Origin: Podarcis gaigeae
Lineage: Eukaryota
DNA: 64,000 nucleotides
Assembly: GCA_964106915.2 (NCBI GenBank)
Contig: OZ066916.1
Direction: 5' to 3' (one strand)
The first letter of the stretch is position 1, and each line of letters begins with the position of its first letter. A model generated the notes under the pieces. It saw only the letters and a list, made by a program, of their open reading frames with translations, was not told where the DNA came from and did no database searches. A program made the translations under genes and the position numbers. Shown here one piece after another: positions 1-13,827 of the stretch.

Positions 1-133
1 ACTAGATTTCTGACTAATACAGTTAAGCTGTTGCTTTAATGATAGGATGCATTTTTATTTGTGTGTGTGTGTGAGTGTGTGATCTTTATTGTCCTTTCAA
101 AGGACAAACCAGTTTAGTTTTTCTTTTAAGACC

Positions 134-320
134 TAGTTACAGGTAGGTAGCCGTGTAGGTCTGCCATAGTCAAAACAAAATTTAAAAATTCCTTCCAGTT
201 GCACCTTAGAGACCAACTAAGTTTGTTAGTGGTATGAGCTTTCGTGTGCATGCACATGAAAGCTCATACCAATAACAAACTTAGTTGGTCTCTAAAGTGC
301 GACTGGAAGGAATTTGTTTA
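134..320. mobile_element. Penelope-like element terminal fragment arranged as an inverted repeat (hairpin 186-315)
   Basis: Arms aattccttccagttgcaccttagagaccaactaagtttgtt... and ...aacaaacttagttggtctctaaagtgcgactggaaggaatt are centred on the palindrome tgtgca|tgcaca (245-256). Flanked by direct repeat tttcttttaagacc at 120-133 and 321-334 (putative TSD). Resembles reptile Penelope termini from recall. Confidence 0.7.
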
Positions 321-517
321 TTTCTTTTAAGACCGTTATTGTATTTAAATTCACTTGACAGATTCTAATCTTTCCTCCATATCATAACATTAATAAAGGC
401 AAATTATTACAAAATGTTGAGACCCCATTGCTGGTCATTGTATGCTGTGTGGTTTAATTTGCACATTAGCAAAGCCTTCTAATTGTGAAGGAAATGATCC
501 TTTCCATCCTAGCTACA

Positions 518-710
518 GGGAAAGACTCTGCTCAGTGGTAGAGCACATGCTTGGCATGCCGCTGCTCTCAGATACAATCCGTGGAATCTTCAGGTTGGGC
601 TGGGAAACCCTCCTGTCTGAAACCCTGGAAGGCCACTGCCAATCAATGCAAACAGTACTAAGCTAGATGGACCAATGTTCTGGCTCAGTATAATGCACTT
701 CCCTATGTTC
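518..710 (+). mobile_element. tRNA-derived squamate SINE (Squam3-like), degenerate
   Basis: tRNA-like head gctcagtggtagagcacatgct and 3' end ctagatggaccaatgttctggctcagtataa...cctatgttc; a related head occurs at ~56090. Confidence 0.65.
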
Positions 711-2343
711 TTCACGTGCAGGAGGAGAACATGTGGGGTGGAGGGATGTGACAGGAAACTTGATTGACCCCATGGTATGTGCTATAATGTTAAAGATGGC
801 TGAAAAGACCAGAGAAGGTAAATGCTGGTTCAAGAAGTGTAGGCAGATTTTCTCCATGTCTGGTGGAAATGCCAGAAGGCGAAAAGCTTCTGGTCAGTAG
901 CTATAAATATGATCAAAGAAATCTTCCAGGTTAGTCTAATTACTTTCCTCTCATTATGCCTTTTAAATTAATCGCAATGTGTGGTAGCTCTTGAGAAATT
1001 TCAAACCCAGATGTTGAATGTACTCACCCTAGCAAGAATATTATATGCTAAGACTTGGAAGAAAGAACAAGCATCAATCAAACAGGAATTAATTTGGAAA
1101 TGATGGGAGCAGTTAGGGCTGATAAAATTAACATCAGTGTTATGCTCTACCTCCAGTGAGTCTTTAAATAAATTGAACTTAGTCATGCAATATATTAAGC
1201 AAGAATTGGAAATAAGGGAGATAGAAATTGATTATTTCTGATTATAAGGAGTGTTTTGTAAACAAAACAGGTTTTTCTACTATTAAATATTTTTATAGTA
1301 GCCTACATACATAAGTGATTTTTTTTTTAGTTTCTGTTGGGTGCTTAAATTCATAAATCTTCTGATGATATTAGTACTATATTTAAGGTATATGTAGTGT
1401 GTGAATGAGAGGAAGAGAGCTTATAAGCAAGTGTGATTTGACTCAAAATGTTTTTTGGATGATACCTATGGAAACATACTGCCTCCGACTGTGGAGCCAG
1501 AGTATAGTCATTGTGGCTGGTAGCCACTGAAAATCTCACCCTCCATTAATTTGTCTTAATTCTCTTTTAAAGCAATCCAGGTTGGTGGCCTTTAGTGCCT
1601 CTTGTGGGATCATTCAACATCTGAGTACAAAAACAAAATATGCAATGCAGAGGACTGAGTGAAGACCACTTTCCAAATATTCCGTGGTGGTTTATGAGGC
1701 TCTGTGGAATATTTGTTATGGAATAACTGATGGGCTGAATTAAGAGTGCACAGGAATGGAATGATGTGCGGCTGGCTTGCATGTAATGCTGAGCCATAGT
1801 TTAACACTAGGTTCGCTATAATGAGCTGAGTGAAGCCCCTTCCTTGTTTTGTCTGGCCAGCAAGAAGGACGTGGTTAGTATTTACTTTCAAAGAACCAAG
1901 GTTTAGCACTATGTGTGTATAAACCCAAGGCTGGTTGAAAACAAAGGGGTCATGGTTTTCTTTTGTTTTTTCTTTTGTTTTTTAAAGCGACTTTTAAACT
2001 ATGGATTGTGAAGCTGGATCAGATTCTGGTCCATGAAAACTTAAGCCGTAATCAATTTGTTAGCTAGTAGCGGTGGCAGCAGCAGTATTTGTCAATGTAT
2101 CTGCCACCTAATCACAATAATCTCTAAGCAGTATCTCTTCCTGTCAACATTCTAGCTGCAGTGTTTTGCCCCAGCCTCTGAACCAGGCCTAAGGGCAGTC
2201 CCACAAGACTCTTTGTTGCAAATGAATTACATCAAAATTGTAAAGTTGGGCTTCCAGCTCTAAACTTCGGCTACTGCCATATTGAAAGTGGCAACAATTC
2301 TATAGGCTTTTAAACTGTTCAAGTATTTCCTTTTATTAAGATA

Positions 2344-2620
2344 CCATATATACTCGAGTATATGCCAACCTGAATATAAGCCGAGGCACCTAATTTTAGC
2401 ACGAAAAACTGAGAAAACTTATTGACTCAAGTATAAGCCGGTTCACCACACACCAAACCTGGTGGTAGCGGCAGCGGTGGAGGAAGAACAATCAGCCCGA
2501 AAGGGCTCCTTTCAGGCTGCTAGTCCTTCCGCCCCCGCCCACCTCGACTATAAGCCGAGTGGGGCTTTTTCAGCATAAAAAATGTGCTGAAAAAGTCGGC
2601 TTATATTCGAGTATATACGG
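2344..2620. mobile_element. Tc1/mariner non-autonomous element (MITE)
   Basis: TIRs ccatatatactcgagtatatgcc / ggcttatattcgagtatatacgg with flanking TA at 2342-43 and 2621-22; internal tataagccg repeats. Confidence 0.85.
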
Positions 2621-5325
2621 TAGTAATTCTTTCTCTCAGACAATCTCACAGAAACTTGCTTCTTCTTCCCTGGCGCATCTTTCCAGTTCGTCTGAGTTAC
2701 TGAATGCCTGAAAGGGAGCAGCCAGCTCCCTGGGGGATGGCTTTTTTTTTTTTAACATGACAGGAGGGAGGAAAATAGTACTGGGAGGATAATGAGAGGA
2801 AAGGTATGGTCTCACTTGTCTAAATATAATACATTCTTTCAGCAGGTTTTTCCCTCTGTCACTTTCCAGATGCTCAGGAGGCAAGCCATTGTTCTGAGGC
2901 AGGAAATATGTACATATCTCGCTCCAAAGAATCCCCTTCAGGATTCTACTGAAATATACAGGTTTCATACTTTTATAACTCGCCTTTTTCTTTTTTCTGC
3001 TACAAGAGGAAAGTAAACACATGATGGACTGACATACACGTTTCATCTTTGCAAAGCAGTAAGCTGATTTGCTCTTCATAACTGTGAAAAAAGAAATGTC
3101 TTCCACTTTTCTACTCTGCAGTTGGAATGGGTTTTTTCCCCTGCTTCCAAGAGGGAAAGCTGCAAAAGATGACAGGTTATGAGCACAAAGCTAAATCCTA
3201 CAAGAGAAACTGCCTAAACCACATGACCATGTCTCTAATTTCATTTCCCCCCCATTTTGCCTTCATGACAACCCTGTGAGATAGACAGTGCCTTTCTTCT
3301 CACTGTCGTCACTTACTCAGAGCCATCCAGTAACCTTCGTTTGGACTGGGTTTCCCATAGGCAATCCTGACATGTTACCCACTTTACAACCATGACAATG
3401 GGGTATATGAGGATTATATTTGATGAAGCCATCCAATTAAGGCAGGACATCGTCTCCCTTTCCTCTTCCTGCTCCCACAGCCCCCAGTCTGGTCTAGATG
3501 TTGAAGGAAAGCCCATAACTGAACAGAACTCAATGCTTGTAGAATTTACAACAGGATAGCGGCTATCTTTTGTGATCACATTCTGCTACAAGTCAGCCAC
3601 AATTATCCAGTTCTTTCTTTGTTGTTGGCTTGGCAAAATTGATGCCAGGCTTTTCCATGAAGATTTGTGCCCAAAACGGCTCAAACAAACAACCAATAAA
3701 AGACCTATGTAAAATATGCAAAATCAGAATTTTTCTAAATAATAATGCCAAAACCCTTGAACAATAAATATGAAGTCAAAAAAGCACAGCAGTCAGAAAG
3801 GCCAGGATAGGACAGAAATAAAATCAAGGCATCTAAAAGGCCTGGGTAAATAAAAAAAGGTTTCACAGAAGAAGTCACACAACCTTGAACACCTTTGATT
3901 ATTTATTAGGTTGAAATTAATCCCACTGACCAGCTGAAATAGAATTGTGTCTGTAATATTCAACATCATAACCTCTGATCATAAATAGGTCACTAAAGCT
4001 TCATTTCTGTTCAACTTCCACAGTAGATCGCTCCTTGCAGTGAATAAAGAAATCTCATTTTTATTGAATTTTTTTCCAGAGAGGGAGAAGAAAGGGAAAA
4101 AGCAAACAATCCAATAAATATTTCTAATCGAATAGCTCTTAAAGCATGTTTTAATTGCAGCATTTGGCTTTAAAACTCCTTATCTCCCATGTTGCGATAA
4201 TATGTGCATAATTTATTATCTGCTCTTTAGAGGAAGAAACCAAAGATGACAGTAATTGGCAGAATAATTCATCTTCCCAAAGTAAAACTATAAACATAAG
4301 AGGAAGTGTCTGAAATATGAGTTCAACTGGAGGCCATTGTCCAGTGCGGCCTTCGGGGTTTGCAAGCAACTGCACTGCTGTCACTCTGAGTGGAACTTGT
4401 CGGTGACAGTTTTTGTTCCTTTGCTTCCAGTGGTTTAAGGTCATTAAAGGATATCCCCCCACCATTCCTCTAACATGAATGCTGTTTCCTGAAGGATAAT
4501 ATATTCTGTGTTGTCTTTCATGCATGCGATTTCCTTTTGTGCAGAAGCTGATAAATGATTCCCAGTCAATGAAGTCCAGGAGAATTGACAAGCCTTGATT
4601 GAGCATTCAAACTTGTTTAGCCAATAGGAAAAAGTGAAGAAGTAAGGCATGTGAGTGTTTGTGACAGTTTAGAATGACTCGGCATTTAAATGATGCTCTC
4701 GTATGCCCTCTGCATTTGCAGCATAAGAGACTGACTTTGCTAGAATTAAAATGGCTATGAGGGCTGTGCTCTGTCTCCATGATCAGAGGCAGTACTGCTT
4801 TTAAAGACTAATACTACTAATAATGCTACTAATACTACTACTAATAATAATAGTACCCTACCCATCTGGCTGTGATACTGATATGGGCAGATGATATGGA
4901 TGAAAATCACAACAAGTCTTATCAGTAAAATGCAAGGAAGACAAGTGTGACAGATAAAAACCAGTCCTCAGCACAGACCCTTTACCTAAGATGGTGCAGC
5001 AAAAGCCTGCCAGTAAAACAAAGGTCTTCACTGGCCAATGGAAAATGGCAGGAGGGAAATTAGGAAGATATTTTCCATCTATTCCTACTGGCTCACATTC
5101 TCAGGCTCCTTCCCCACTGCCCTTTCCTTTCAGAATTATTTTGGAACATACGGTTTTGCTCATTTCATTGAGCCATTTGCAAGTCACCTTTTCCCATCGC
5201 ATGTCATGATTAGATTTTGTAAAACAATCTGCAGAAGGCAGTTTGTTCTTCACCATTGGGAGCGCATACCTGCAGCATTTCCTCCATGATGTCTTTAGAT
5301 GCTGCCTCTGAAAACAGAACATATA

Positions 5326-5543
5326 CAGTGGTACCTCAGCTTACATCTGCTTCAGGTTACAGACTCCACTAACCCAGAAATAGTACCTTGGGTTAAGAAC
5401 TTTGCTTCAGGATGAGAACAGAAATTGTGCTCTGGCGGCAGTGGGAGGCCCCATTAGCTAAAGTGGTGCTTCAGGTTAAGAACAGTTTCAGGTTAAGAAC
5501 GGACCTCCGGAACGAATTAAGTACTTAACCCGAGGTACCACTG
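5326..5543. mobile_element. Tc1/mariner (Tigger/pogo-like) MITE, family A
   Basis: TIRs cagtggtacctc / gaggtaccactg with TA TSDs; closely related copies at 30378-30609 and 63131-63356. Confidence 0.9.
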
Positions 5544-7174
5544 TAAAATGAAAGTGAGAAGCAAGTCCAAATAATTTATTTGGAAGCTTATTTTTTGCAT
5601 AAGCTTGACGGGGAAAGTTTATAAAGTTTGAGTGTGTGTGTGTAGATATTGATCCCTTTTGGTTTTGTTGTTTCGAAGGCTGATTCTCCTACACTGAAGT
5701 GTAGCAGAACTACACTTGCAGAATGAAGTAAAAGATTGGGATGGCGGAATTCTGGATTGCAGAGACTGTGCATGAGAGTGAGGTAGTCATATTTTTAAAC
5801 ATTGCCATTTGAACTTCTTCCATGTAGTTAAACCAGAAGATTAAGGAGAAGAATTCAGAGAAGTCCTCTTTCTGTCATGCACACAGAGGGATTTACACAT
5901 GGGGGCATTTAAAGATACCACCCTCCCACCTGAAATCTGAAGCGATTTTAAGCCCACAATTCTACAGTGACATTCTGTGTATTGTGTAGAACAGTAGAAC
6001 AGCTTTATAGAGATTTATTTTAAAACTGAATTGACATTTGCTTGGCTGGAGTCAGATTGGTCACATGCAGAGGCTCATCGCACAAGCAGGTTTGTTCTGG
6101 GATTTCTGAGCAAAGCAGCTCACAAAAGTTCTGGTGCTTTGGGGGGGGGTTAAGGGTATGCATTTGGCTGGCTGCTTTGTGATGGCTCATAACAGGTGAT
6201 ATAGAAAAGGTCAGCCCAGTTTGAAACAAGTCAGGTGAATCAGCCCTGAGCTGTTCATCAGGACCACATGATGAGCTCAGTGTGGACCTTTTTCCACACT
6301 GTTTAGAAGAAGCTTGCCAGTGAACTGGGCTGATGGCCAACTGATCAGACAGCCAGTCCACCACACAAAACTATTGACCCTGCTTTAAATGCTACACAGT
6401 AGATACATAGATGTAGATATAGAGATGATGTTTATATTTTAATGTTTTCAACGCTTGTTTTATTGTGCATTTAAGTTCAGGAGTTTAATGTTTTAATGTT
6501 GATGTCATTGGTTTATATGCATATAAACCACTTATAAGCTTATTTTAGCATCAATAAATAAATAAATAATCCATGTTTAAGATGGGCTATGCAAATTAGT
6601 CCATATAGTCAAAGATGGAGAATTATTAAGAACATTTAAACTGGAATCTGCTTCAGAAAGTGTCTGCAACTAATACAAATATCTAAAGAAAGAATAGCTA
6701 TTAATTATGAGAAGGATGAAATAAACAAGCAATCTCGGCAAAGACCTCCCGGACTTGAATTAAGAGAAGAGAAAGAGGCTGCAATAGGCAATAGCATTGG
6801 ACATGTGTCATTATACATCACAATTAAATCTCTCTTTAGAATTTGGGAGAGGGGGAGTCAATAATCCCATCCATTGGACCGTTCAGTTGGAACTGAGTAG
6901 AGCAGATGATGGCAAGTGAACAGAATTTATGTCTGTATGAAGAGTGTTTTGTAGAAAATCTATGTTGATTTTTGGATGCTGCTCAATTCTCCACCGCTAT
7001 GGGACAGTACTTTATGCTAATTTTGTGGGGGCGTTCTGAAAAACACCCATTTTAGCCATCTGTTGTCCTGTAGTTATTTGGCTGACACAGATTGACGTTG
7101 ACTCAGCCTAAGCACATGTCTTTTTCAGTAATACATCTACCACTTCCACCCCTTCACCACAAAAGGGATAATGA

Positions 7175-7221
<47 letters not shown>
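7175..7221. repeat. (AAT)n microsatellite
   Basis: About 15 AAT units; explains the poly-Ile ORF at 7092. Confidence 0.95.
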
Positions 7222-7223
<2 letters not shown>

Positions 7224-10200
7224 CTATTATTGAATTACTCCACTTTCCTTCTGGGCTGGGGCTTACCCTCCTTTCAGTTTTGTGGTCCTGCAGTGATGCT
7301 TAATGATGGATGGGTGATCAAATAATCAGTAATGGCTTTGCTGGTGTGCTGTATGCTGAGGAACCTGCTTTGTTGAAAGGGCTTGTAAGAGGCTCTCACA
7401 ACTTTAGAGGGAAAGTGGCTGGCGTAGAAGTTAAATGGCTTCAGCCTGTACGTTGCATGTGGAATATCTTGTATGAACTGGAGCCTACATGGGCACTTTC
7501 GTAAGGAAGTATGCTCTGCCCATGCAATATGCTGATACCTGTTTGTTTTGTTTTTTAAAGCAGTGGGTTAACTACAAGGTTGCATGCAAATTTATGCACG
7601 CAGGCCGTTGGTTACATAAAGTGTTGTGTCCAAAGTGGGGAGGGAGGGAGGCTCCACTGCTGGGCTCCACTGCACATGGAACATGCACGCTAGATCTATG
7701 TGTGAATCAGACTTGCCCTTCTTTGATACAGTCCAGCCTTTAGAGGCTACAGATAGATCATTCTAATATATTTCCTCTGCCGTCATGTCGCTCGATTCCA
7801 TCAGAGTTGGAATTACGTTGCAGAGCCCCGGGGGGCACCATGAATATGGTGTAGAATGGAAGGTGAGAGGCTAGGGAAGGGGCTCACTGAATTTTGGCAA
7901 CGGTCAGGTCATCCCTGAAATCCTTGAGATCCTGAGGTCTACCACTGATTTCATACTTCATTACCAAGAAAGGACACAGGGAAAAGGCACCAGGTATTTG
8001 TAACAATCCAGTTTAGAACTGGCAAGACTTGGCACTTTAGAGTCTAGATTCTGACGCTTTTCAGCAGGTGGCAATTACATGCTGCCTGAAAAATAAGCAA
8101 ATATTACAAGAATTGGCCTTTATGGAGCAGCTGTGTTATGACATCCTTGGGTTGAATGTATTGGCTTCTTTTGGTATCAGATAAGGATTGTAACATGAGT
8201 TGAGTGAGTATCTTATAATCTCTGCATTATTTCCTCCCTGCAGTTTTCTTTATTGTATTTGTCAAATGTCCCATTACTTTCTCTTTTATCAGGTATTAAA
8301 AGGCTCTATTTTTCAAAATGCCCAGCCACCCACAACCATAGTTAGCAAGTAGGAATTGTGCAGGCATTGAGTTTTATTCGAGATGGAGAGAAATCAATTT
8401 CATGCTGTGCTTTTCTAGGTAGTAAACAAGATGTTTTCTTCACCTCCTCCTTGATACTGTTGTGGATGTCATGGGCATGTGCTGTCATGGTGTGGCTTCA
8501 TTTCACCCCAGGGATCGAGGAGGCAGTTACTTTGGGGTGATGGTAGTATTTACCTGCCTGTAGGAAACAGTGAAAGGCATGGTGTGGTGTTGGGGGGTGG
8601 GGAGAGAGAAGAGCTGTTATACATGGAAATGCATAATTTGAGCTTATTATGCATATGTGGGATGGAGTTGTTCTGGCAGCTTTTCCGCCCAACTGCAGAA
8701 CAGTTCATAGCAACAATATTGCAATTGTTTCCTTGCTTCTCCTGTAAACAGAGGCAGCACATGAGACAGTGCATCTCTCCCTTCCTGACAAAATTGTGTA
8801 ACATTGCTAGCTATATGGTGGGATGCCCTTGTTAGCTAGCAGGCAGAATTCACTTAAAGCTGCAGAGTGAAACTGACACTGCATCAGGACATGCCTTCTT
8901 AGTCATCCCTGGGTTACAGCAAAGATCCTGGTGCATAAAACTAGGTGAAACGTTCACCCAACAATCTAAATCCATAACAATCCAAATAGCTGTCATGATA
9001 CTTTGTTGGGATCATTGTCATGCTTTCTGGAAACGATGCGTTGATTCATGAGTGCATTGTAAATACTCAGCAGATACTATCTTAAGCCTTCAGCGCATAT
9101 GAATTTAAAACAACATAACATAATTTAAGAGTCTTATAGCATCTTAAAGACAGGGCAGATTATGTTCCTCACCATTATTGTATGGTTGGGTTCTCCTATA
9201 TCAGTCACTAGTTTATGAAATGGCTGACTATAACCAGGTCAACTGGTAGACATTTTTGGTGTCCCCTTCTCTAGCACTTCTTCACACACTACTAAAGATT
9301 TAGAGCAACCCAACAAAGTTGATTGGGGGTAGTTTCAGGGCCAACAAAAATAAATTCTTCCTATACTCCATAATTGACTTTTGAAATGTGCTTCTGGTAT
9401 GTATGGTAACTGACACTAGTGTGGCTATTTTTATATAATAAAATATTAATCGATTGCATAGATCTGTCAGTGGTTATTAGCTACGATAAGCCAAACAGAT
9501 TCCTCTGCAGCTAGAAGCAGGGTCCATCTGATGGCTGGTAGCTACAGTGCAGTAGGGCCATGGCTGATACTAGACATCACAAGAGTTGTGCGGCTGCTAC
9601 TTTCATTTTCCTCCTTTCACCTGGTAATCCCAAACTAGTGACATCATGTCATTGCACTGAAAGTTTCCCTGCCCCTATGAGTACCCACTAGTGAAGTGGA
9701 GCAGAGGAACGTGAAAGTGGAATGACACCATTTTGGACTGCTAGACTTTCTGAGGGAGAAGAGGAGGTGCCGTGTTGTTGGGCCCTGTTCAAGCTTTTAC
9801 ATCCAACAGCTTTGATCTCTGGAAAGGCCCATGACTCCAAGCACATTAATCCTTTCGAGAAACTGCCATCTCTCTAGATCTCCACAAACTTGTTGCACAA
9901 GAACCTTCCACTCCCACCAAAGTCTGCAGTCTGTCAGAGAGAGGTTTCATGTGTGTGTTGTTCAGCCAGGTCAATGAGTGTGTGCAGATCTCAGAGAGCA
10001 CATCTGTGTTTTACAACCTAGAGAAAGCTGACAACCCTTTAGGAACTTGATTTGTTTCCATTTGAAAACATTGGAGAGAGCTGGACTTAAAAGTCCTTGG
10101 TTTCAGTAAAGTGTGCCCATGAAGATTCTCCTTTGCTTTTATGGCAGCAGTGAAACACATCCTGCTGTTCTTAAAGAGAAGCCTCATCGGCTGAACATTT

Positions 10201-10341
10201 CAAATTTTTGTAGCCTTAATTTATAATTTAAGCACAGCAATATATTTTTGCTATATCAGATAATGAAATTTCAAGTGAGTTGCATGTTGGAACCTTGTAT
10301 AGACTCTTGGGAAAAAGTTCTGTTTTCTGGAATCTTCTTAG

Positions 10342-10470
10342 GTGGTACTGGTAAGATGGAACGAACCATTCCAGAAGCTTGCAACTTGTGATGCAGACGG
10401 TGGAATATTTGTTTGGATTCAGTATGAAGGCAGATGGTCTGTGGAACTTGTGAATGACCGTGGGGCACAG
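10342..10470 (+). CDS. TULP4: TULP4 coding exon 2 (WD40 region)
   Basis: ttcttag| VVLVRWNEPFQKLATCDADGGIFVWIQYEGRWSVELVNDRGAQ |gttagt; 129 nt, phase 0-0; not shown in the ORF track. Confidence 0.96.
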
Positions 10471-11082
10471 GTTAGTATCCCCTCCCTCCTTTTTTCATTT
10501 TAAAGAAAGACCACTAAAGTTCTCACTCCGTGTGGAAAGAGTAAATTGTGGAAAGAGCAATTGTTAGAGCAGCATTTTAATTGAACTCCAAAATCCATAG
10601 TTGGGCGATACTTTTATTTAGACCGACAAAAACGTCACAAGATAGAGAGCACATTTTTGAATTATTCAGAACTCTTCTGCAAACTATACGTTACACAAGG
10701 TAGGGGTTGTGGTGGGATGCTCCCCCTCTCCTATGTACAACATGAACCCAGTTGCACCAGCAGAACTGTTTATAGCTGGATACCACCCTTGTCTGGATTG
10801 AACTTCATTTTATTTAAAAAAACTTTTTTTATAGCAAGGTTTGAAAATCTGAAATGCAAGATGGTGGATGCAGCAGATGCTTTGGCATTAATGTTCCCTG
10901 CTTGTTGGCCAGACTTGTGTTAACCTCTGGGGGCACACGAGCCACTTAACCGGAACCTGCTAAACATATTGGTACCAATTGATTCTAGTCTCATTTGCTT
11001 CTATAGGGCACTGTTTCTTTTACATATGGGCTGCATTGTCAGAATAATGTTCTAGCCTCTTCTTGTCTGTGTGTGTTTTAAG

Positions 11083-11244
11083 GTGAGTGACTTTACGTGG
11101 AGCCATGATGGAACACAAGCACTGATCTCCTATAGAGATGGGTTTGTGCTAGTTGGATCAGTCAGTGGACAGAGACATTGGTCTTCAGAAATTAACCTGG
11201 AGAGTCAGATCACCTGTGGCATATGGACTCCTGATGATCTACAG
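11083..11244 (+). CDS. TULP4: TULP4 exon 3 (WD40)
   Basis: tttaag| VSDFTWSHDGTQALISYRDGFVLVGSVSGQRHWSSEINLESQITCGIWTPDDLQ |gtaagg; 162 nt, phase 0-0. Confidence 0.96.
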
Positions 11245-13827
11245 GTAAGGTTGCTTTGAAAACAAAAATTGCCACACTCTGTGTGTATGTCAGGGTTGAC
11301 TATGCATTAATCGGTAAGCACCTTCCTGCGGCTCACAGGACAAGAAGATGGTAGATTAATTTAGCTGTATGACTGACACACTCTTGTAGCTGATGTCAAG
11401 CTACACAAGTGTTCAGTGGTAATTCACATCACATGGCTACATGTATATTGTATACAGTCATATGTATATTGAGTATTGAAATGCTTGAAAACTGCTTGAG
11501 AGCACCTTCAGTAGTAGACATATTTGATGAGCAGTAGCATTGTTTTTAAATGCAGCCAGCCCAATCCAGTCCTGAGCTTGGCAATTGCTGCAGCATCCTA
11601 CCTTCCTCTACTGGGGGAAAGAAGGTGTCTGAGGATAGTATAGGCAGGCAGGAAAAGGGTTAACACATTCTCAGAACAGATTCAGGGAGGGAGCTCACCT
11701 TGGGGTCAGAAATGAGCCTCCGCTCATCTCTTGCTTTGTGCCTATCAGACCATGCCTTAAAAGACATGCTCACCCCAGATGAGCTAGCAAATACATTTGT
11801 GGACTGCTAATCTCAAACCCAGTTCAGGGTGTTCTATTTTAGAAACCAGTCAATCTAAACCAAATGCAGAATTCCATAATGAAGTATTAATGAAATATTA
11901 TACTAACACTTAACATTTAGCTCTCTCTGTGGGTCTCATATCACTTTGAAGAGGGAATTAATTATCTTTATGCCACTCTTGCTAAGGTGCACCTTCTCAG
12001 CTGCTCATTTTGATGTTGAGGGAAAAGAGAAAGAGAAATCGCTTGCTTTGCTTAAAAAATCTCCCTGGGACGAACCAATGCAAATCTCACTGGAGCTGAT
12101 AAGAAAGTTCTCATTGACTTCAGTGACCACAATTAAATGAAAAGGCTGGGTTCAGAACACAGATCTTCTGGCTCCCAGTTGTATTGTTTTAATTGCTAAC
12201 CTGCAGTTGCTGTTCAGTTTTTAGTATCAACTTTCCTGACTGAAACATAGGCTTGCTTCTCTGCTCTCTCTCATTTTCACTTCTGTTTTGCTTACGGAGA
12301 GCTCGCCGCAGCTTCTGCTGCCTAAAATAAAAAATCAGGGAAAAGCTGATAGCATTTGAAATCCTGTCACAAAGCAAAATACTTTTTTAGTAAGGCCGTG
12401 TTTACTTGTTCTGCTGACGCCGCCACACTGCATGTGTCTTGGAGGTTGATCGCAAGACTGAGCCACAGAAATGAAGGCAGTGCAGCTGCTGCTTGGTCAG
12501 ATGAAGCCGCAGCTGAAGGCAGGCGATTTTTAAAATTATTATTTTAGTCAGAATATGCTATATTCTGTTAGAGAGTGGGATGAGGTGAGATTTGATATAC
12601 AAAGGCAGCATGTGGCCATACCAAGGGCCTAATCAAACCTTGCGCAGAAACTGCTCACCTAGACTTTTCACACAAAATTCTCTTGGGATGCCAAATCCAC
12701 AGTTCCTAACACCACATGGTTAACATTATAAGATTCCATCATGCTCTTTGTTAATCGATATGGGGAAGGTGGAAATGCCCTCTGATTTTCCGAGATACTT
12801 CCTCAGCGTGAGCCTTCTTCGGCCAGAGCCCTTAAAATATCTAGGCCAGGGTTCAGCTATCAAGCAACAACATTAGAAGAACAGCTTGCTACCTGGAAGC
12901 CATTATCCCCCCAGGAGTCATACGGCGGCTTAGACCTATTTTCAATGTTGTTCTCTGAAAATGCCAAGAAATATGAACACCATGTTTTGCAAGCTGTAAC
13001 TCCAAAAGCATTCTTCAGTCCCCTATGTTTATTACATTTCTGATTCTTAGGACCACACAAAATAGCAAGCAGAAAGCTTTTAATTAATTAGGCAGTACAT
13101 TTAATGTTGCATGGAATGGAGTCAATGACTAAATTGCCAGTGTAAAATAGAGCAGTATAACCAATAACAGTGCAATTTAGGGAGTTCAAATATAACAAGG
13201 GAAGAATACTCGAGCTCATATCATATTGATTCTCTTGTTGTATAAACAAAACATTCCAGCATATAATATTTTGGGCTATTTTTAGGATTACTTCAGGTTT
13301 TCTTGTTAGTCTTGGCATTTAAAATTAATGACCTCTGGTTGCTCATGCTAAGAGCTTTATGAATGTTTTATATTCCATTGCTGCTCTTTTTGGACTGAAA
13401 ACGTGGCTTTCTTTCTATATATAGAAGGCTTACATTTTAGTGAGACCTGCCTGCTTTTATATAGTTATAAATTATGGAAACAGACAACACTGCTTAGCTT
13501 CTTGCTCAGTCACCTGTTTTATGAGTTTCTGTGAAATGGTTAATAGATCCTGTGTAAAAAGATTGCAGTCCAATGAACTCAGTGGGACATGCATAGGATT
13601 GGACTCTGAGTCAAGAAAATCACTGCTGCCTTGGCAGTGCTTACTCTTGTCATCAGCCAAATATGTTTTTCTGGGATTGCTTTGAAGTAAAGCATAAAAC
13701 TTTCTTTTAAATAGGGAACCAGTAACTGATGAGTTCAGTGGTTCTTGTCAGATCAGTATAGTGCATTCTGTGTCCTATATAAATATCATGGGGGTGATAG
13801 TGGATTTACATATAACAGTCAAACAAA

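Noticed and set aside
442-9000. Many 60-160 aa ORFs in TULP4 intron 1 (e.g. 2636-3106, 4151-4606, 7092-7325)
   Set aside because: Random-looking composition or derived from repeats and microsatellites; expected by chance; no phase-compatible exon recognised.
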